From assembly GCA_051294905.1 (NCBI GenBank), contig CM119371.1:27158001-27222000 (forward strand): a stretch of DNA of 64,000 nt, read 5' to 3'. Of this stretch, positions 1 to 13,581 are shown in pieces (the first letter of the stretch is position 1; each line of letters starts with the position of its first letter). This DNA comes from Botryllus schlosseri (taxonomy: Eukaryota). The translations under genes were made by a program, and so were the position numbers. Below the pieces are notes generated by a model. That model was not told where the DNA came from. It saw only the letters and a list, made by a program, of their open reading frames with translations, and did not search any database.

Positions 1-815
1 GTGTATTTTTTGAAATTTTATTATTGTAAGATATTCGATTATTGGGTACCCTTTCCCAACAAAAATTAGGCATGATTTATAGAAATGGGCAGTTGGGCGT
101 CGGTTGTTACCACATCATGACGCGCCAAGACATATGAAGCTAAAGGCTATGTAACATGCGAATCCAAGAAGTGCGCCAGAACGATCAGCAGCGAGAAAAC
201 CTTGGGCGAAAAAGACTGCCCCGGTGCTGACCGAAAACTTCGATATATACAACTATATGTGTAATTGTTCATGTCCATGGGTGCCTAAATGGCTGGCGCC
301 GAATGTTCCTGTCCTGGCGATCCGAGTCCCACAACAAGACAAATGCCATATCGAGGGAACATTATTTTCCAGTTAAGAAATGCCAATTTGAAATCGTGTA
401 CGTCTTTTACTTTAGTCCCTTTTTGGCGATTTCAATATCTTTTGACATAGCAGATAGGGGGTCACGAAATAGCATCATGTAACGAAGTCATTATATCAAC
501 GGGTACGCCCGAAGATGTTTTATTATTATTTAGAGGGCCTATCTATTCCAACACACCTCACTGGATCAGCTCTACCGGTAAATCTGATTATGTGAGCAGG
601 GAGGGGATAAAAATTGATAGCAATATATATGCAATTTCCGATCATATTGGCCGATGCAATCATGAATTATAGAAATTTTTTCGCGCTTAGCGCGTTTAGG
701 GACGCTACTACTAAATGGCCACTCAATGTACAAGATAAGTACTGGAAGAATCCTAGAGCCGTAGGGGGGTCTGGGGGGCGAAGCCCCCCAGTAGTTAGTT
801 TTATCACCCTATTGG
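1..815. mobile_element. Partial hAT-type non-autonomous element, same family as 46234-47085
   Basis: Colinear similarity with 46330-46995 (e.g. gatttatagaaatgggca, ccaagaagtg.gccagaacgatc.gcagcgagaaa, aaattgatagcaatatatatgcaatttccgatc); left end lies outside the window. Confidence 0.75.
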
Positions 816-829
816 AGGGTGGTTGCGCA

Positions 830-2072
830 CTGTTGTCCGAGGGCCTGCGCAGTGAGTTGGCGTGTTTGCGCAGACTCTTGAAAAATTAGAGGGAACATTG
901 ATGGGCAGCCAGGCCCCTTTGGGGCCCTAGCTATGATTAGGAGTACTTTATGTTGTAGTTTTTGCAGTGGCTTGAGTGCAGTTTTACTGGCAGCCCCCCA
1001 ACAGAGGATACCATAGTGTAACTTCGATTGGATTAAGGATTTAAAGAGTATCAGAAGAACCCATGCTGGCATGAAGCGCCTAAGGCTGTAGAACAGGCCG
1101 CACTTCAGTGATAATTTAGTTTCTAGGGACTGAATATGACTCTTCCAGGACACGTTCGAGTCCAGAAAACCTCCGAGATATTTGGCATTATCTGTGTTGG
1201 AAACGGGCTGACCAGCGATATTACCGGTTAGCTTATTTTTTTAATTTACTGTCAGCAATTGCGATTTCGAGGCGTTTATGGAAAGGTTGTTCTGGGCCGT
1301 CCACTAATGGACTTTGGGCATTTGGTCACCAGTCAGGGCATCCAGCTCTGCCGTCGAAGATGCTGAAGAGAGGAGGTGAATATCATCAGCGAACAGTGTG
1401 GTGTTCAATGAGGAGGTTTCAAAAATGTCGTTGACATATAAGGTGAAAAGGACCGGTCCAAGTACTGAGCCTTGGGGCACATAACAGGTCACCAGGTGAG
1501 GAGAAGACAAGGTGTCTGAGATCACAACCATTTGTTGGCGTCCAGTGAGGTAACTTTTCATGAGCTCAAGTTGTGGGCCCCGAAGTCCGTAACGCGCCAA
1601 TTTCGAAATGAGAATTTTATGATCTACGCAGTCAAACGCTTTTTTTAGATCGAGAAAAATGCTACATCCCACATTTCGCTTCTCTGAGATAACATAATAC
1701 TGTTCGGCCACTGTTAGGAGGGCATATGCGGTTTGGTGTTTGTTTCGGAAGCCAAATTGTTGAGGGGAAATGACAGACATTTTGGCGAGGAATGAGGACA
1801 GGCGGGAGAGGAGCAACTTTTCGAAATCAACCCCGATGCATGGGAGAACGGATATCGGACGGTAGTTGGTGACATTAGTTCTATCCCCAGCTTTGTGTAC
1901 AGGGACTACTCTGGCTTTTTTAGATAGCTTGGGTAGACTCCATTTTCTATCATGAAGTTGAAAAAATGGGCCATATATTGACCGATATGCATGCTTATCA
2001 TTTTTAAAAACCATGATTGGATTTGGTCATAGCCGTCGGCCTCGTGCGATTTCAGTTTGTGGATGGCTACTT
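830..2072 (-). mobile_element. Non-LTR retrotransposon (CR1/L2-group LINE) ORF2, reverse transcriptase part, frameshifted
   Basis: NYRPISVLP, QFGFR, IFLDLKKAFDCVDH, VPQGSVLGPVLFTLYVND, FADD, KYLG, SWKSHI, YGILCWG. Frameshift near 1920 and a frame break near 1305. Confidence 0.93.
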
Positions 2073-3575
2073 CCCAGCAAACACAAAACCGTAAAAGGAT
2101 CATCCGGGATCATCTCGATTAGGTTCTGATTTTCTAAGTGTCGAGGGAATGTCTAAAATACGTAGTAGGATGGTCTTGTGGTTATATTCAATCAGAATAA
2201 ATTCATACTCGGTGTTGTTCCATCTCATGCATTAGGCTTCGTTATATCCGGTAGTTAACCTAATAATGCAAATTTTCTATCTCTCGAGGGTACGACTAAA
2301 ATACGTAGAAAGGATGACTTTGTCGGTACATTCAATCACGATGAATTCTATCCGGTTTTGTTCGATCTCATGCGGTAGCTTCGTTCTATCTATTAGAAAA
2401 CAATGTTCTCCCTTCGTTTTATTGCGTGAGGATGTCACCGGTGTTGTATATTCGTGTTGTTGCTCTAAGGTCGAATAGTTCTGTTTTCCTCTGATATATA
2501 TGATCTTCATTATATATATATTCGCTCTTTCGGTAATCTCGCATGTTCAACGAGTATGGCTAATAGTTTTATTCAGAGAATAACTAAATAAGTGATATGT
2601 TGTACGTTTAGGAATATGATTATCGATGCGTGACTTCTAGAATATTTCGGCGATTCAAATTTTACGTCATCGCGCCATACAAAGATTTGACGCGCAACAG
2701 GTCGCAGCCAGGCATAGTTCGCTCTTTCTGTATGGTAAATGCCGTAAATATATAGGAATTGTGACTGACTGAGGTAGCGGGTTAAAGGTATATATGCAGT
2801 AGCATATAGCTTATGGGGTATTTCGAATTGCCTGTAGTATATGACGCCTAGAGCTGTTTGACTTTCTGCAAAACAGGTGTAGACAACTATAGAAAAGTTT
2901 CAGCTTTTCCAGGTTAGAATTAGAGCTAAACCGTTTTTTCCGAATTAGATTACAATTATTTTGCTGGCATTTCGCTCTAATTTAGTGAAATTAGACCACT
3001 ATAATTCGCTTTAGGCATCTGAATTACCGGTACCTATACCTACGGTATATCATAATATTTATGCTTGAATTTTCTAGGTATATAAGTCATATAGATACAT
3101 TCCTGTAGAACACTGATTCATGATTTTATAAAAGTTGGTGCAAGAATGGACATTTTCAACTTGATGTTGATTAATGGAGCAAAATTTGATATTTGAGTGC
3201 AATTATACCTCGAATCCAGTGACAAGATTATTAATCGTTGAAACCAAACGCAGCTTGTTCATGTTGGCCCAGAGAATTTGGCTAGCCAGACCATATTTAT
3301 GGAATATGGTCACATAAGATAATATTTTGGGCTATTTTACATGAACTTGCCAACATTTGATTTGATATGTCCACTAAAACAGTTGTTATTCTGCTTTCGA
3401 ATAAGACCTAAATTGCTGGTTTCAATGGTAACTGTGTTTGTCAAAGGCTGCAAAGGTCATTTCTTTTCCATGTTAGATGTTTATTTGTTTGTTTGTGGTG
3501 TTCATGGTGGTGGTTCGACTAAACTGGTCATTTTACACCAGGCCGGTTCTTATTATTATTATTCCGTATCTGCCC

Positions 3576-4465
3576 GATTACCAGTGAACTCGGCACTTAG
3601 TGAATTCGGCCGCACAAACTCGGCACTTGGTGAATTCGGCCGTGGTAGATCTCGTAGCGGTACCGGTCACCATGATTGGTTACTGGAATGTTTGCCGGTG
3701 AACTTGGCACTTTGAGTGGTTGTCAATGTTGTACGGTGGTCAGGGCATGCGTAGATCACACAGTCACGGCGTGATTAGATCACAGATTACGTAATTGCGG
3801 GAAATAACGCGACGCTCTTCACTTGGTGAACTCGGCCCTTGGAGGAATTGACACTAGAACACCTTCGCATTAGAAATGCATTTAATATGAATGAACAGTA
3901 TCAAAAAGGGAATTTAAACGTGACGTGGCTCGTGGTAGATCTCGTAATCTTGGGATCCTTCAACCGTGTTATCGAGACACCCTAATCCCAGAGTGGAATC
4001 GTCTCTCCAAAGGCAAAAAATAATTTATTTTGACGTGATCATGCGAAACATTTGTTGATGAGGAACACTGGCTTGTCGTGATCGATAAACGAAGAAGCGC
4101 CGCTTGATGTTCCACAGTTTTGATCTCACATACAACGCCAAGATCCATCTTCTCAAAACTTACACGACACAGGCCCGTGACTCACGCCATCGATTCCAAG
4201 CAGACCGCGCGTGGTTGGTATATGAGCGCTGTGTTATTTCCCGTGGCTACGCAATCCGTGATCTAATCACGCCGTGACTGCGCGATCTACGGATGCCCTG
4301 AACTTCTTACAAGATTGACGAATTACTTGATAATACTATTATTAGTTTGATAATTCATATTAATAGCTGTAAATACACTTCATTTCAAAATTTCCCGAGG
4401 GCCGAATTCACCAAGTGGCGAGTTTGTGCGGCCGAATTCACCAAGTGCCGAGTGCATCGGCAACC
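3576..4465. mobile_element. Palindromic MITE with G-start TIRs and 8-bp TSD ATCTGCCC (MULE-like?), nested in copy 1
   Basis: ATCTGCCC at 3568-3575 and 4466-4473; arms built from gaactcggcacttggtgaattcggccgc repeats; counterpart at 12722-13581. Confidence 0.7.
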
Positions 4466-5096
4466 ATCTGCCCACTTATAGCACGGCCCACTCCTAGGCT
4501 TTTTAAGACATGGCTATGCGAATCAGATGGCGAGGAGGAGCCTAGATAAACGGCCAACACTTCGGTAGGAATTATGGAGTCGACGTGTCACGCTCGAACC
4601 CGCAATTCATTGGTGTTTAGCTATAATGGAACGTACCACTACGTTTCCTCGCCATACCTTGTAAAATGAGACCGTAGCATTTGGCATTTCGTGTGGCAAT
4701 TGACTTTTGTGTGGAAAATTGTGTTCGTTTTAGAACTTATCAGAAACGTTTATTCCGCCATAGATTGTATATGATAAAACGATATCGGAATTGATCCTAG
4801 AAGAATTCCAAAGCAACTCACCACAAAGGAGGATTTAAAGAGGTTTGATGGCAAATTGAATGAAAGCAAAAGCCTTTGCAAGAGATGTGGTATGTTGAAT
4901 CTGTTTTGTTATTTTTAAATAGGCCTACTTTGTTGTGCCGATAGCAGACGGTATATATAAACGTAAGATGTGGAAGCTATCAAGGTGTTTTTAGAAATTC
5001 AGTCAGTCAAAGTGGACGATCGTATTTCTTGGATTATATTTAGGCTTATTTTAGCATCTTTGAGATGCAACTCTAAACGTGGACGGTCATGAACAG

Positions 5097-6260
5097 TAGG
5101 GCTCTTCAAAAATGACTTTTTTTCTCAAATCGTACTGGCTACTTGATAAAATTGTTAGGTTACCTAATTTAAGCCTACAAACAAAATTTGGTTCAATTCC
5201 AGCCAGTATCCGCTTTGCTACAAGAGAAGAAAGTTCCTATTTATTATATAAAAATGAATAATAAAAAATTTGAAGATTTTCTGTTAACCCCATGAAAGTG
5301 TTAAGCTGTCTATAGAAACGATGCTCACCAAATTTGGTTCAATTCCAACCAGTGGAAGCGGAGTTATTGCTGTCGATAAATTTGGATTTTAATAAAATAG
5401 TACTTACGGTGAGCACAACTTTAATAAGTAAACAAAGAATCGGTCACCGTAAATCAGGGCCGGCCAACCCGTGGCCCGCGGGCCACATGTGGCCCGGGAG
5501 AAGGTTTTGAGTGGCCCGCGAGGCAATTTCCGAAATTTCTAATATCATCAAAAATTGATTGCAATTGAACATGCAAGGCCAACCAAAAATTTGATTGGTC
5601 TGGCCGCAACATTTGAGATGTGATGACTAAAATATCAGTTCCGGCGCATTGACAGATGCGACATTGAGTTTGCGCTCGCAGTAAGACCGTCGACTATGAA
5701 ACCTAGGCACGAAATGATTGACGCATGCTGCTTGCATCTTTCGATATCGATATGTCCATGTGCCGAATAGCCCAGTCCTCGCAAACTTAGCCCAGCGAAA
5801 TACAACAAGCCCGCAATATAGTCAAGTGACAATATTATTGACCTATGAATTTCAAGAAATTTTCGCGCCTTGCGCGGCTTGTGGCCCGCACAATAATTCG
5901 TCAATCGAATGTGGCCCGTTGGCTGAAAAGGTTGGCCAGCCCTGCCGTAAATACTATTTTATTCAAATCCAAATTTTTCGACGGCAATATCTCCGCTTCC
6001 ACTGGTTGGAATTGAACCAAATTTGGTGAGCATCGTTTCTATAGACAGCCTAACACTTTCATGGGGTGAACAGAAAATTTTCAAATTTTTATTACCTATT
6101 TATTTTTATACAATAAATAGAAACTTTCTTCTCCTGTAGCAAAGCGGTTACTGGCTGGAATTGAACCAAATTTTGTGTTTAGGCTTAAATTAGGTAACCT
6201 AACAATTTTATCAAGTAGCCAGAACGATTTGAGAAAAAAAGTCATATTTCAAGAGTCCTA
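5097..6260. mobile_element. Long-TIR palindromic MITE (tagggctcttcaaaaatgac...gtcatatttcaagagtccta); intact only in copy 1
   Basis: ~300-bp inverted arms 5097-5410 / 5945-6260; TSD ambiguous (TA or degraded 8 bp). Confidence 0.75.
5455..5944. mobile_element. hAT (Charlie-type) MITE
   Basis: CAGGGCCGGCCAACC...GGTTGGCCAGCCCTG, GGCCCGC subterminal motifs, perfect 8-bp TSD CCGTAAAT. Confidence 0.9.
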
Positions 6261-7487
6261 ATGTCCATGTCAGAGAAACGTTTTAGGGTAGGCCTACTCA
6301 TATGTCTCGCAGCGTTCTCTACATAATTGTCAATTGCGATACAAACTGTTTGCTTGTATTGGTGAAGCCATCCAACTTCGAATTGTAAAATGTTGGGAGT
6401 CTTGATATCAAATTTTTGAAAGGTGCACTTTGAGAAGATTTCGGAATCTGTCAAATTATACAAAAATTTAGCAAACTCTTTGACATATTTCATCTATTTG
6501 GGACTCGATCAACGTAAAAGAATTGGTAATCATTTTATACAATATATTGTATTTGTAGTTGAAGTATAGTAATAATTCTTATGGTTACCGCACTTGTAAC
6601 GATTCACGGCCATAACTGGAATAATTAGAATGATGTAACTTTCAAATTGTCATGCATTTTGCAACAACATTGTTCTCAATTTTCAAGGTGCTGACCATTC
6701 GAGGAAGAATCACCCACCGGGAATTCACGATCCGTAAACGCGGCCGACTGTTTCTCTCCTCAAGCGGAAGCGACAGAGAAGAGGAACGAAGAGATAAAAC
6801 GAGCAGAAATAGCAAGAGTGTGACAAGTCGCGTCCGTTCGCTTTAATGCGTATTTCCATCCGCGAAGTAGTAGGTGGGAAAACTAATGGGCGTTTGGTTA
6901 GCGCTTATATAAGGTTGACTCCAGCGCTGTATTTGCTAAATGTTGCTGTGAAATAGGGGTGGTGTCATTTGGTATCAATATTGACTATTGAAAGACCATT
7001 TGTTAGTGGTCATGGATTTGTTCGGCCAGTATGCAGTAATTTCTGATGGTCACTTCCCGGGCTTCTGTTCTCTAACCCCTCATGATTGTTATTCTGCTTC
7101 TAGTAAGACTGTCGATTCTAATGTTTTATCGTATCATTTGTCGGAGGTTTCGCTCGCTTTATTTACAACGTTTTGCTCTCTGCTAGGTCAATTACTTTCC
7201 TGGCTGTGTATCACTACAGCCTAAGAAACTGCACTAATTCTCATGTTAATGTCTTGCTGGTTATCTTGCTGTCAATTCTAATAATTTGTTAATGTCTATA
7301 CCAGTGCAGCCAGCCAGCCACTCAAATGTTTTGTTCTCTGTACACAATATTGTTAGGTCTTCAGCTTTCCAGACAGAGTATCATTCCACTTTCTAGACTT
7401 GAGTATATATCTCTCCAACTAGCTGCCAAATAACTGATTCATTTGGATTGTTGAATTGATCATTTTGGACAGAATGTGAAGAAATTT

Positions 7488-7805
7488 TAGTCAAGAATTC
7501 TTTTTGTGTTAGTGGCTGTTTTCAAAGATTGCTGAAGTAGTCATCGTTGATCTTGATAATCAAGTAGAAGTGGCGATTGAAGTCAGTTCTCTAGTCAAGA
7601 ATTCTTTTTGTGTTAGTGGCTGTTTTCAAAGATTCCTGAAGTAGTCATCGTTGATCTTGATACACAAGTAGAAGTGGCGATTGAAGTCAGTTCTCTAGTC
7701 AAGAATTCTTTTTGTGTTAGTGGCTGTTTTCAAAGAGTGCTGAAGTAGTCATCGTTGATCTTGATAATCAAGTAGAAGTGACGATTGAAGTCAGTTCTCT
7801 AGTCA
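7488..7805. repeat. 104-bp tandem repeat, 3 copies
   Basis: tcaagaattctttttgtgttagtggctg... starts at 7491, 7595 and 7699; only one unit in element copy 2 (~9795-9900). Confidence 0.92.
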
Positions 7806-8455
7806 TATAATATTAAAAAATATAATAATAAAACTTGAAAACTTGAGTGGAAATAGTTCAGAATCGAATCCATTTTAGTAAGTATGGGCGAAAAAAATGT
7901 AGGAGTCATTCGTTAGTCTCTACCTCTGCCATTTTCGCAGTACGAATGTCTTAGCTATTAATCATCATTTTCATTTTATTTCTGCAGGGTGTTGAAAAGA
8001 AAAGGCCGCATGCTGGTTATTTAACTGGCTCATCAGAAGATGAAACCTGATGATAAGGACTGTTTTCACTTTCTTTCTAAAGACATTCGTTCGTTTGTTC
8101 GTTTTATTTTTTACAACGGCATTATTGCCAATTCGTTTGAAATTAAATTATCACAAATGTGATTAATATGTAGTAAATAATGTGGTGTGTGTACGCAGCC
8201 GTGATCAGGTTAAGCCCATAGTGGTAGAAAACAGGTTATTATATCAGGATCTTCTTCTTCTAACGTAGGATCTACATTCTACTCACCATGTTTAAAGGCT
8301 GTAGCATCTGCATAATATTTACATTATTGAAGGACATGGAAAAGACGTTGAATTGAGTCGACACAAAATCCCCCTTTCTACGACCTGCCGAGATCTAATA
8401 TCTACTATATCGGCTCGGCTTTTCTACATCTTTGGTCTGTACTGTGTTTGCTGGG

Positions 8456-9132
8456 TTCTACTTCGTATTTGGTTGTAGGTTCAAGCTCAATTGACTGGGA
8501 TATCGATCTCACCTCTGACCTGGCCGACACAGGTTTTGTAATAGAAGAAGCAATATTTGGGCCTACGTTACAAAAATATTCATTGAAGTGATTCGCGATG
8601 GCCGCCGGGTCTGAAAGTTTGTTTCCGGTATCCGAATTCACAATTTCCGAAACAGACTTATGGCCTTTTTTTCGATATAGGAGAGAGTTAAGTCCTGACC
8701 ATGTTTTTCGAGTGTCCTTTATGTGTCTGTTGAAAAATCTCTCATTGTACTTTGCTTTTGCCTTGGAAATGAGATGCACGGTGCGATTCCTGAAACGTCG
8801 AAATCTTTCTCGTTCATGTTCTGGGCAGTTCTTGGTGTATAATCGGTTATGCCACCGGTTACGTTTACGGATAAGTTGAATCAGCTTTGTGGTCATCCAC
8901 GGATTTCGCTTCAATTTTCTTTGACTTCTCGAAAGGCGCTGTAGAGGTGCAAATTGTTCCAGAAGTGATTTGATAGCAGACATAAACTCTACAAATTTTT
9001 CGTCAAAGTTGTTTATCGAGATGTGGGGGATGGCTGATGTTTTAAATTGATTGAATGCGGCATCATCGAGCGCTTCTTCGTCCACTAACTCTCGTCGTCT
9101 GCAGAGGTGATATGTTTCGGGGGGTGTCCTTT
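8456..9132 (-). mobile_element. LINE ORF2 middle segment (linker between endonuclease and RT)
   Basis: LEQFAPLQRL...NPWMTTKL...RNRWH...FRRFRNRT...KTWSGLN...IANHFNEYFCNVGPNIASSI; joins in frame to both flanking LINE pieces once the two insertions are removed. Confidence 0.9.
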
Positions 9133-11370
9133 CCCAGTAAACACAGTACAGACCAAAGATGTAGAAAGCCGAGCCCGATATAGTAGATATTAGATCTCGG
9201 CAGGTCGTAGAAAGGGGGATTTTGTGTCGACTCAATTCAATGTCTTTTCCATGCCCTTCAATAATGTAAATATTATGCAGATGCTACAGCCTTTAAACAT
9301 GGTGAGTAGAATGTAGATCCTACATTAAAAGAACATCCTGATATAATAACCTGTTTTCTACCACTGGGCATAACCTGATCACGGCTGCGTACACACACAC
9401 ACACCACATTATCTACTACATATTAATCACATTTGCGGTAATTTAATTCAAAACGAATTGGCAAGTAAATAATGCCAGTGTAAAAAATGAAACGAACGAA
9501 ATTACTTGTAGGGCCAAGTAGCAATGAATGAAACTATGAGAACAGTCAGTAATCAGAAGGTTTCATCGTCTGATGATGATAATCCCTCTGGCGTTTTCTT
9601 TTCAACAACCTGTAGAAATAAAATGAAAATGACGATTATTAGCTAAGACATTCGTACTGCGAAAATGGCAGAGGTAGCGAGTAACGAATGACTCCTACAT
9701 TTTTTTTTCCATACTTACTAAAATGGATTTGATTCTGGAATATTTCCACTCAAGTTTTCAAGTTTTTATTATTATATTTTTTATTATTATATGACTAGAG
9801 AACTGACTTCAATCGCCACTTCTACTTGATAATCAAGATCAACGATGACTACTTCAGCAATCTTTGAAAACAGCCACTAACACAAAAAGAATTCTTGACT
9901 AAAATTTCTTCACATTCTGTCAAAAATGATCAATTCAACAATCCAAATGAATCAGTTATTTGGCAGCTAGTTGGAGAGATACATACTCAAGTCTAGAAAG
10001 TGGAATGATACTCTGCCTGGAAAGCTGAAGACCTAACAATATTGTGTACAGAGAACAAAACATTTGAGTGGCGGCACTGGTATAGACATTAACAAATTAT
10101 TAGAATTGACAGCAAGATAACCAGCAAGACATTAAAATGAGAATTAGTGCAGTTTCTTAGGCTGTAGTGATACTCAGCCAGTAATTGACCTAGCAGAGAG
10201 CAAAACGTTGTAAAAAAAGCGAGCGAAACCTCCAACAAATGATACGATAAAACATTAGAATCGACAGTCTTACTAGAAGCAGAATAACAATCACGAGGGG
10301 TTGGAGAACAGAAGCCCGGGAAGTGACCATCAGAAATTTATGCATACTGGCCGAACAAATCCATGACCACTAACAAATGGTCTTTTAATAGTCAATATTG
10401 ATACCAAATGACACCACCCCTATTTCAGGGCAACATTTAGCAAATACAGCGCTGGAGTCAACCTTATAAAGTGCTAACCAAGCGCCCATTAGTTTTCTCA
10501 CCTACTACTTCGCGCTTCGCGGATGGAAATACGCATTAAAGCGAATGGACGCGACTTGTCACACTCTTGCTATTTCTGCTCCCTTTTTCTCTTCCTTTCT
10601 CTTGAGGAGAGAAACAGTCGGCCGCGTTTACGGATCGTGAATTCCCGGCTTACGGGTGATTCTTCCTCCAATGGTCAGCACCTTGAAAATTGATAACAAT
10701 GTTGTTGCAAAATGCATGACAATTTGGAAGTTACATCATTCTAATTATTCCAGTTATGGCCGTGAATCGTTACAAGTGCGGTAACCATAAGAATTATTAC
10801 TATACTTCAACTACAAATACAATATATTGTATAAAATAATTACTGATTCTTTTACATTGATCGAGTCCCAAATGGATGAAATATGTCAAAGAATTTGCTA
10901 ATTTTTTTGTATAATTTGACAGATTCCGAAATCTTCTCAAAGTGCACCTTTCAAAAATTTGATGTCAAGACTACCAACATTTTACAATTCGAAGTTGGAT
11001 GGATTCGGATTTTAATAAAATAGTATTTACGGTGGGCACCACTATAATAAATAATTAAAGAATTGTGTCACGCTGTCATACTGTTTTACGCAACCGTTGT
11101 TATGCACTGCATTGTTGCTGTGTTCTGGCTCCATTGATGTAATTTCTAAATTCGACATTAATGCGTCATAATTCTCCATCTGGTTTTGAATTCAACTCTG
11201 TTTTGCTTCCTTTATGGTGCCGGTAGCTCTTTAATAGGCACGCGAAAAGTTCTTCGGGTTTTAATAACGTTTATCAAGAAGGTACTTTTGAAAGCGGTAT
11301 TAAAATTTTGTACCACCAACCAGTTATTTAATTACTATTTATCTTCAAAGTAAATGCTCATTGCATGAAG

Positions 11371-11851
11371 CAGGGTTGTAAGACTCGAGTCAGGTTTTTC
11401 TGTTGACTCGACTTGACTCAGGTCATCTTCTCAAAGTACTGAAATGACTCGACTCATTGCGCATGACTTGAGACTCAGACGGCCAAGACCGACATTTCAT
11501 TATTATTTCAAAGAATAGTACAGCAAATCGCTATTGGGATTTCGTCTATTGATACTGGTATTTGAAAATGCGACCAGAAACTGCTAAAAGTAAGGAAAAT
11601 TCGTATATTATAAATGCGACCCACTCGATATCACAAAAAATATATAAAAAGTTGGTTTAACAAGACTTAAATTGGAAACTGAGCAGCTAACACAATGACT
11701 CTGGTTCGAGTCATAATACCAAAACTCGGACTCGGCCCTCTGCTCGCTGACTTGGACTCGGACTTGACTCGAATAGAAAATGACTCGAGTCAAAACTATA
11801 AAAGTGAGATTGACTTGCGACTCGGAGCCTTGTGACTTGGTTACAACCCTG
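11371..11851. mobile_element. hAT-type MITE, CAGGGTTGTAA family with GACTCGAGTC repeats
   Basis: CAGGGTTGTAA...TTACAACCCTG, TSD GCATGAAG. Confidence 0.88.
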
Positions 11852-12529
11852 GCATGAAGCCTCAATAGTTACATGAGTGGGGTGACTAGACAAAGAACAC
11901 AGTGACATTTGCAGCATATCATGAATGTCTCTTACTATATGTGATCTTGTTCAAATGGAGGTTGATGAAAGCGTATTTCCCATTCTTTCCGACTCTGCTA
12001 TAATTTCACCAGACTGGCAACCTTCTTCATGATGCTTTTTGCTGACTGACCAATATTGTCGCCGCCAACGGTACAAGTGCAAATGTCTGATATGTCAATA
12101 TAGGAACAGAATTATTTGACTGTTCATGACCGTCCACGTTCAGAGTTGCATCTCAAAGATGCTAAAATAAGCCTAAATATAATCCAAGCAATACGATCGT
12201 CCACTTTGACTGACTGAATTTCTAAAAATAATAAACATAACACCTTGATAGCTTCCACATCTTACGTTTATATATACCGTCTGCTATCGGCAAGCATTTG
12301 AAAATAACAAAACAGATTCAACATACCACATCTCTTGCAAAGGCTTTTGCTTTCATTCAATATGTCATCAAACTTCTTTAAATCCTCCTTTGTGGTGAGT
12401 GGCTTCGTTTTATCATATACAATCTATGGCGGAATAAAAGTTTCGGATAAGTTCTTAAACGAACACAATTTTCCACACAAAAGTCAATTGCCACACGAAA
12501 TGCCAAATGCTACGGTCCCATTTTACATG

Positions 12530-12715
12530 GTATGGCGAGGTAACATAGTGGTAACCTCCAATATAGCTAAACACCAATGAATTGCGGGTTCGAGCCTGAC
12601 ACGTCGACTCCATAATTGCTACCGAAGTGTTGGCCGTTTATCTAGGCTCCTCCTCGCCATCTGATCCGCATAGCCATGTCTTAAAAAGCCTAGGAGTGGG
12701 CCGTGCTATAAGTGG
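12530..12715 (+). mobile_element. Putative tRNA-derived SINE (inverted copy at ~4470-4660)
   Basis: A-box-like TGGCGAGGTAACATAGTGG, B-box-like GGTTCGAGCC; core tttatctaggctcctcctcgccatct also seen at ~30549 and ~61057. Confidence 0.5.
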
Positions 12716-12721
12716 GCAGAT

Positions 12722-13581
12722 GGTTGCCGATGAACTCGGCACTTGGTGAATTCGGCCCTCGGGAAATTTTGTAATGAAGTGTATTAACAGCTATTAATAT
12801 GAATTATTAAACTAATAATAGTATTATCAAGTGATTCGTCAATCTTGTAAGGAGGTCAGGGCATCCGTAGATCACGCAATCACGGCGTGATTAGATCACG
12901 GATTGCGTAGCCGCGGGAAATAACGCAGCGCTCATATACCGACCACGCGCGGTCTGCTTGGAATCGATGGCGTGAGTGACGGGCCTGTGTCGTGTAAGTT
13001 TTGAGAAGATGGATCTTGGCGTTGTATGTGAGATCGAAACTGTGGAAGATCAAGCGGCGCTTCTTCGTTTATCGATCACGACAAGCCAGTGTTCCTCATC
13101 AACAAATGTTTCGCATGATCACGTCAAAATAAATTATTTGTTGCCTTTGGAGAGACGATTCCACTCTGGGGTTAGGGTGTCTCGATAACAGGGTTGAAGG
13201 ATCCCAAGATTTCGAGATCTACCGCGAGCCACGACACGTTTAAATTTCCTTTTTGATACTGCTCATTCATATTAAATGCATTTCTAATGCGAAGGTGTTC
13301 TAGTGCCAATTCCTCAAAGGGCCGAGTTCACCAAGTGAAGAGCGTCGCGTTATTTCCCGCGATTACGCAATCTGTGATCTAATCACGCCGTGACTGTGTG
13401 ATCTACGCATGCCCTGACCCCCGTACAACATTGACAACCACTCAAAGTGCCAAGTTCACCGGAAAACATTCCAGTAACCAATCATGGTGACCGGTACCGC
13501 TACGAGATCTACCACGGCCGAATTCACCAAGTGCCGAGTTTGTGCGGCCGAATTCACTAAGTGTCGAGTTCACTGGTAATC
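12722..13581. mobile_element. Palindromic MITE, TSD GGGCAGAT (counterpart of 3576-4465)
   Basis: GGGCAGAT|GGTTGCCGATG...CACTGGTAATC|GGGCAGAT. Confidence 0.7.

Larger units (their letters stand above)
2073..8455 (+). mobile_element. Non-autonomous DNA transposon with CCCAG termini and 2-bp TT TSD (EnSpm/CACTA-CMC-like), copy 1
   Basis: TT|CCCAGCAAACACA...TGTGTTTGCTGGG|TT. Removing it and one TT restores the LINE frame (PTTKYEVE+VAIHKLKSH). Degenerate ~143-bp subterminal repeats at 2141-2400. No transposase ORF seen. Superfamily assignment rests on termini and TSD only. Confidence 0.88.

Noticed and set aside
3341..3715. 124-aa ORF present twice (also 13442-13816) as a conserved gene
   Set aside because: The duplication is just the two transposon copies. 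The ORF runs into a nested MITE's repeats, has about 10 amino-acid differences between copies, and shows no recognisable domain.
7488..7805. CRISPR-like array
   Set aside because: Head-to-tail 104-bp units with no unique spacers, no cas genes, eukaryotic context.
8405..9235. 276-aa standalone gene
   Set aside because: It is the LINE ORF2 linker; its start and stop are supplied by the flanking transposon ends.
11608..11917. Short Ser-rich ORFs over GACTCGAGTC regions (also 30589-30953, 32355-32618, 33255-33681)
   Set aside because: They coincide with MITE subterminal repeats and have no coding signature.
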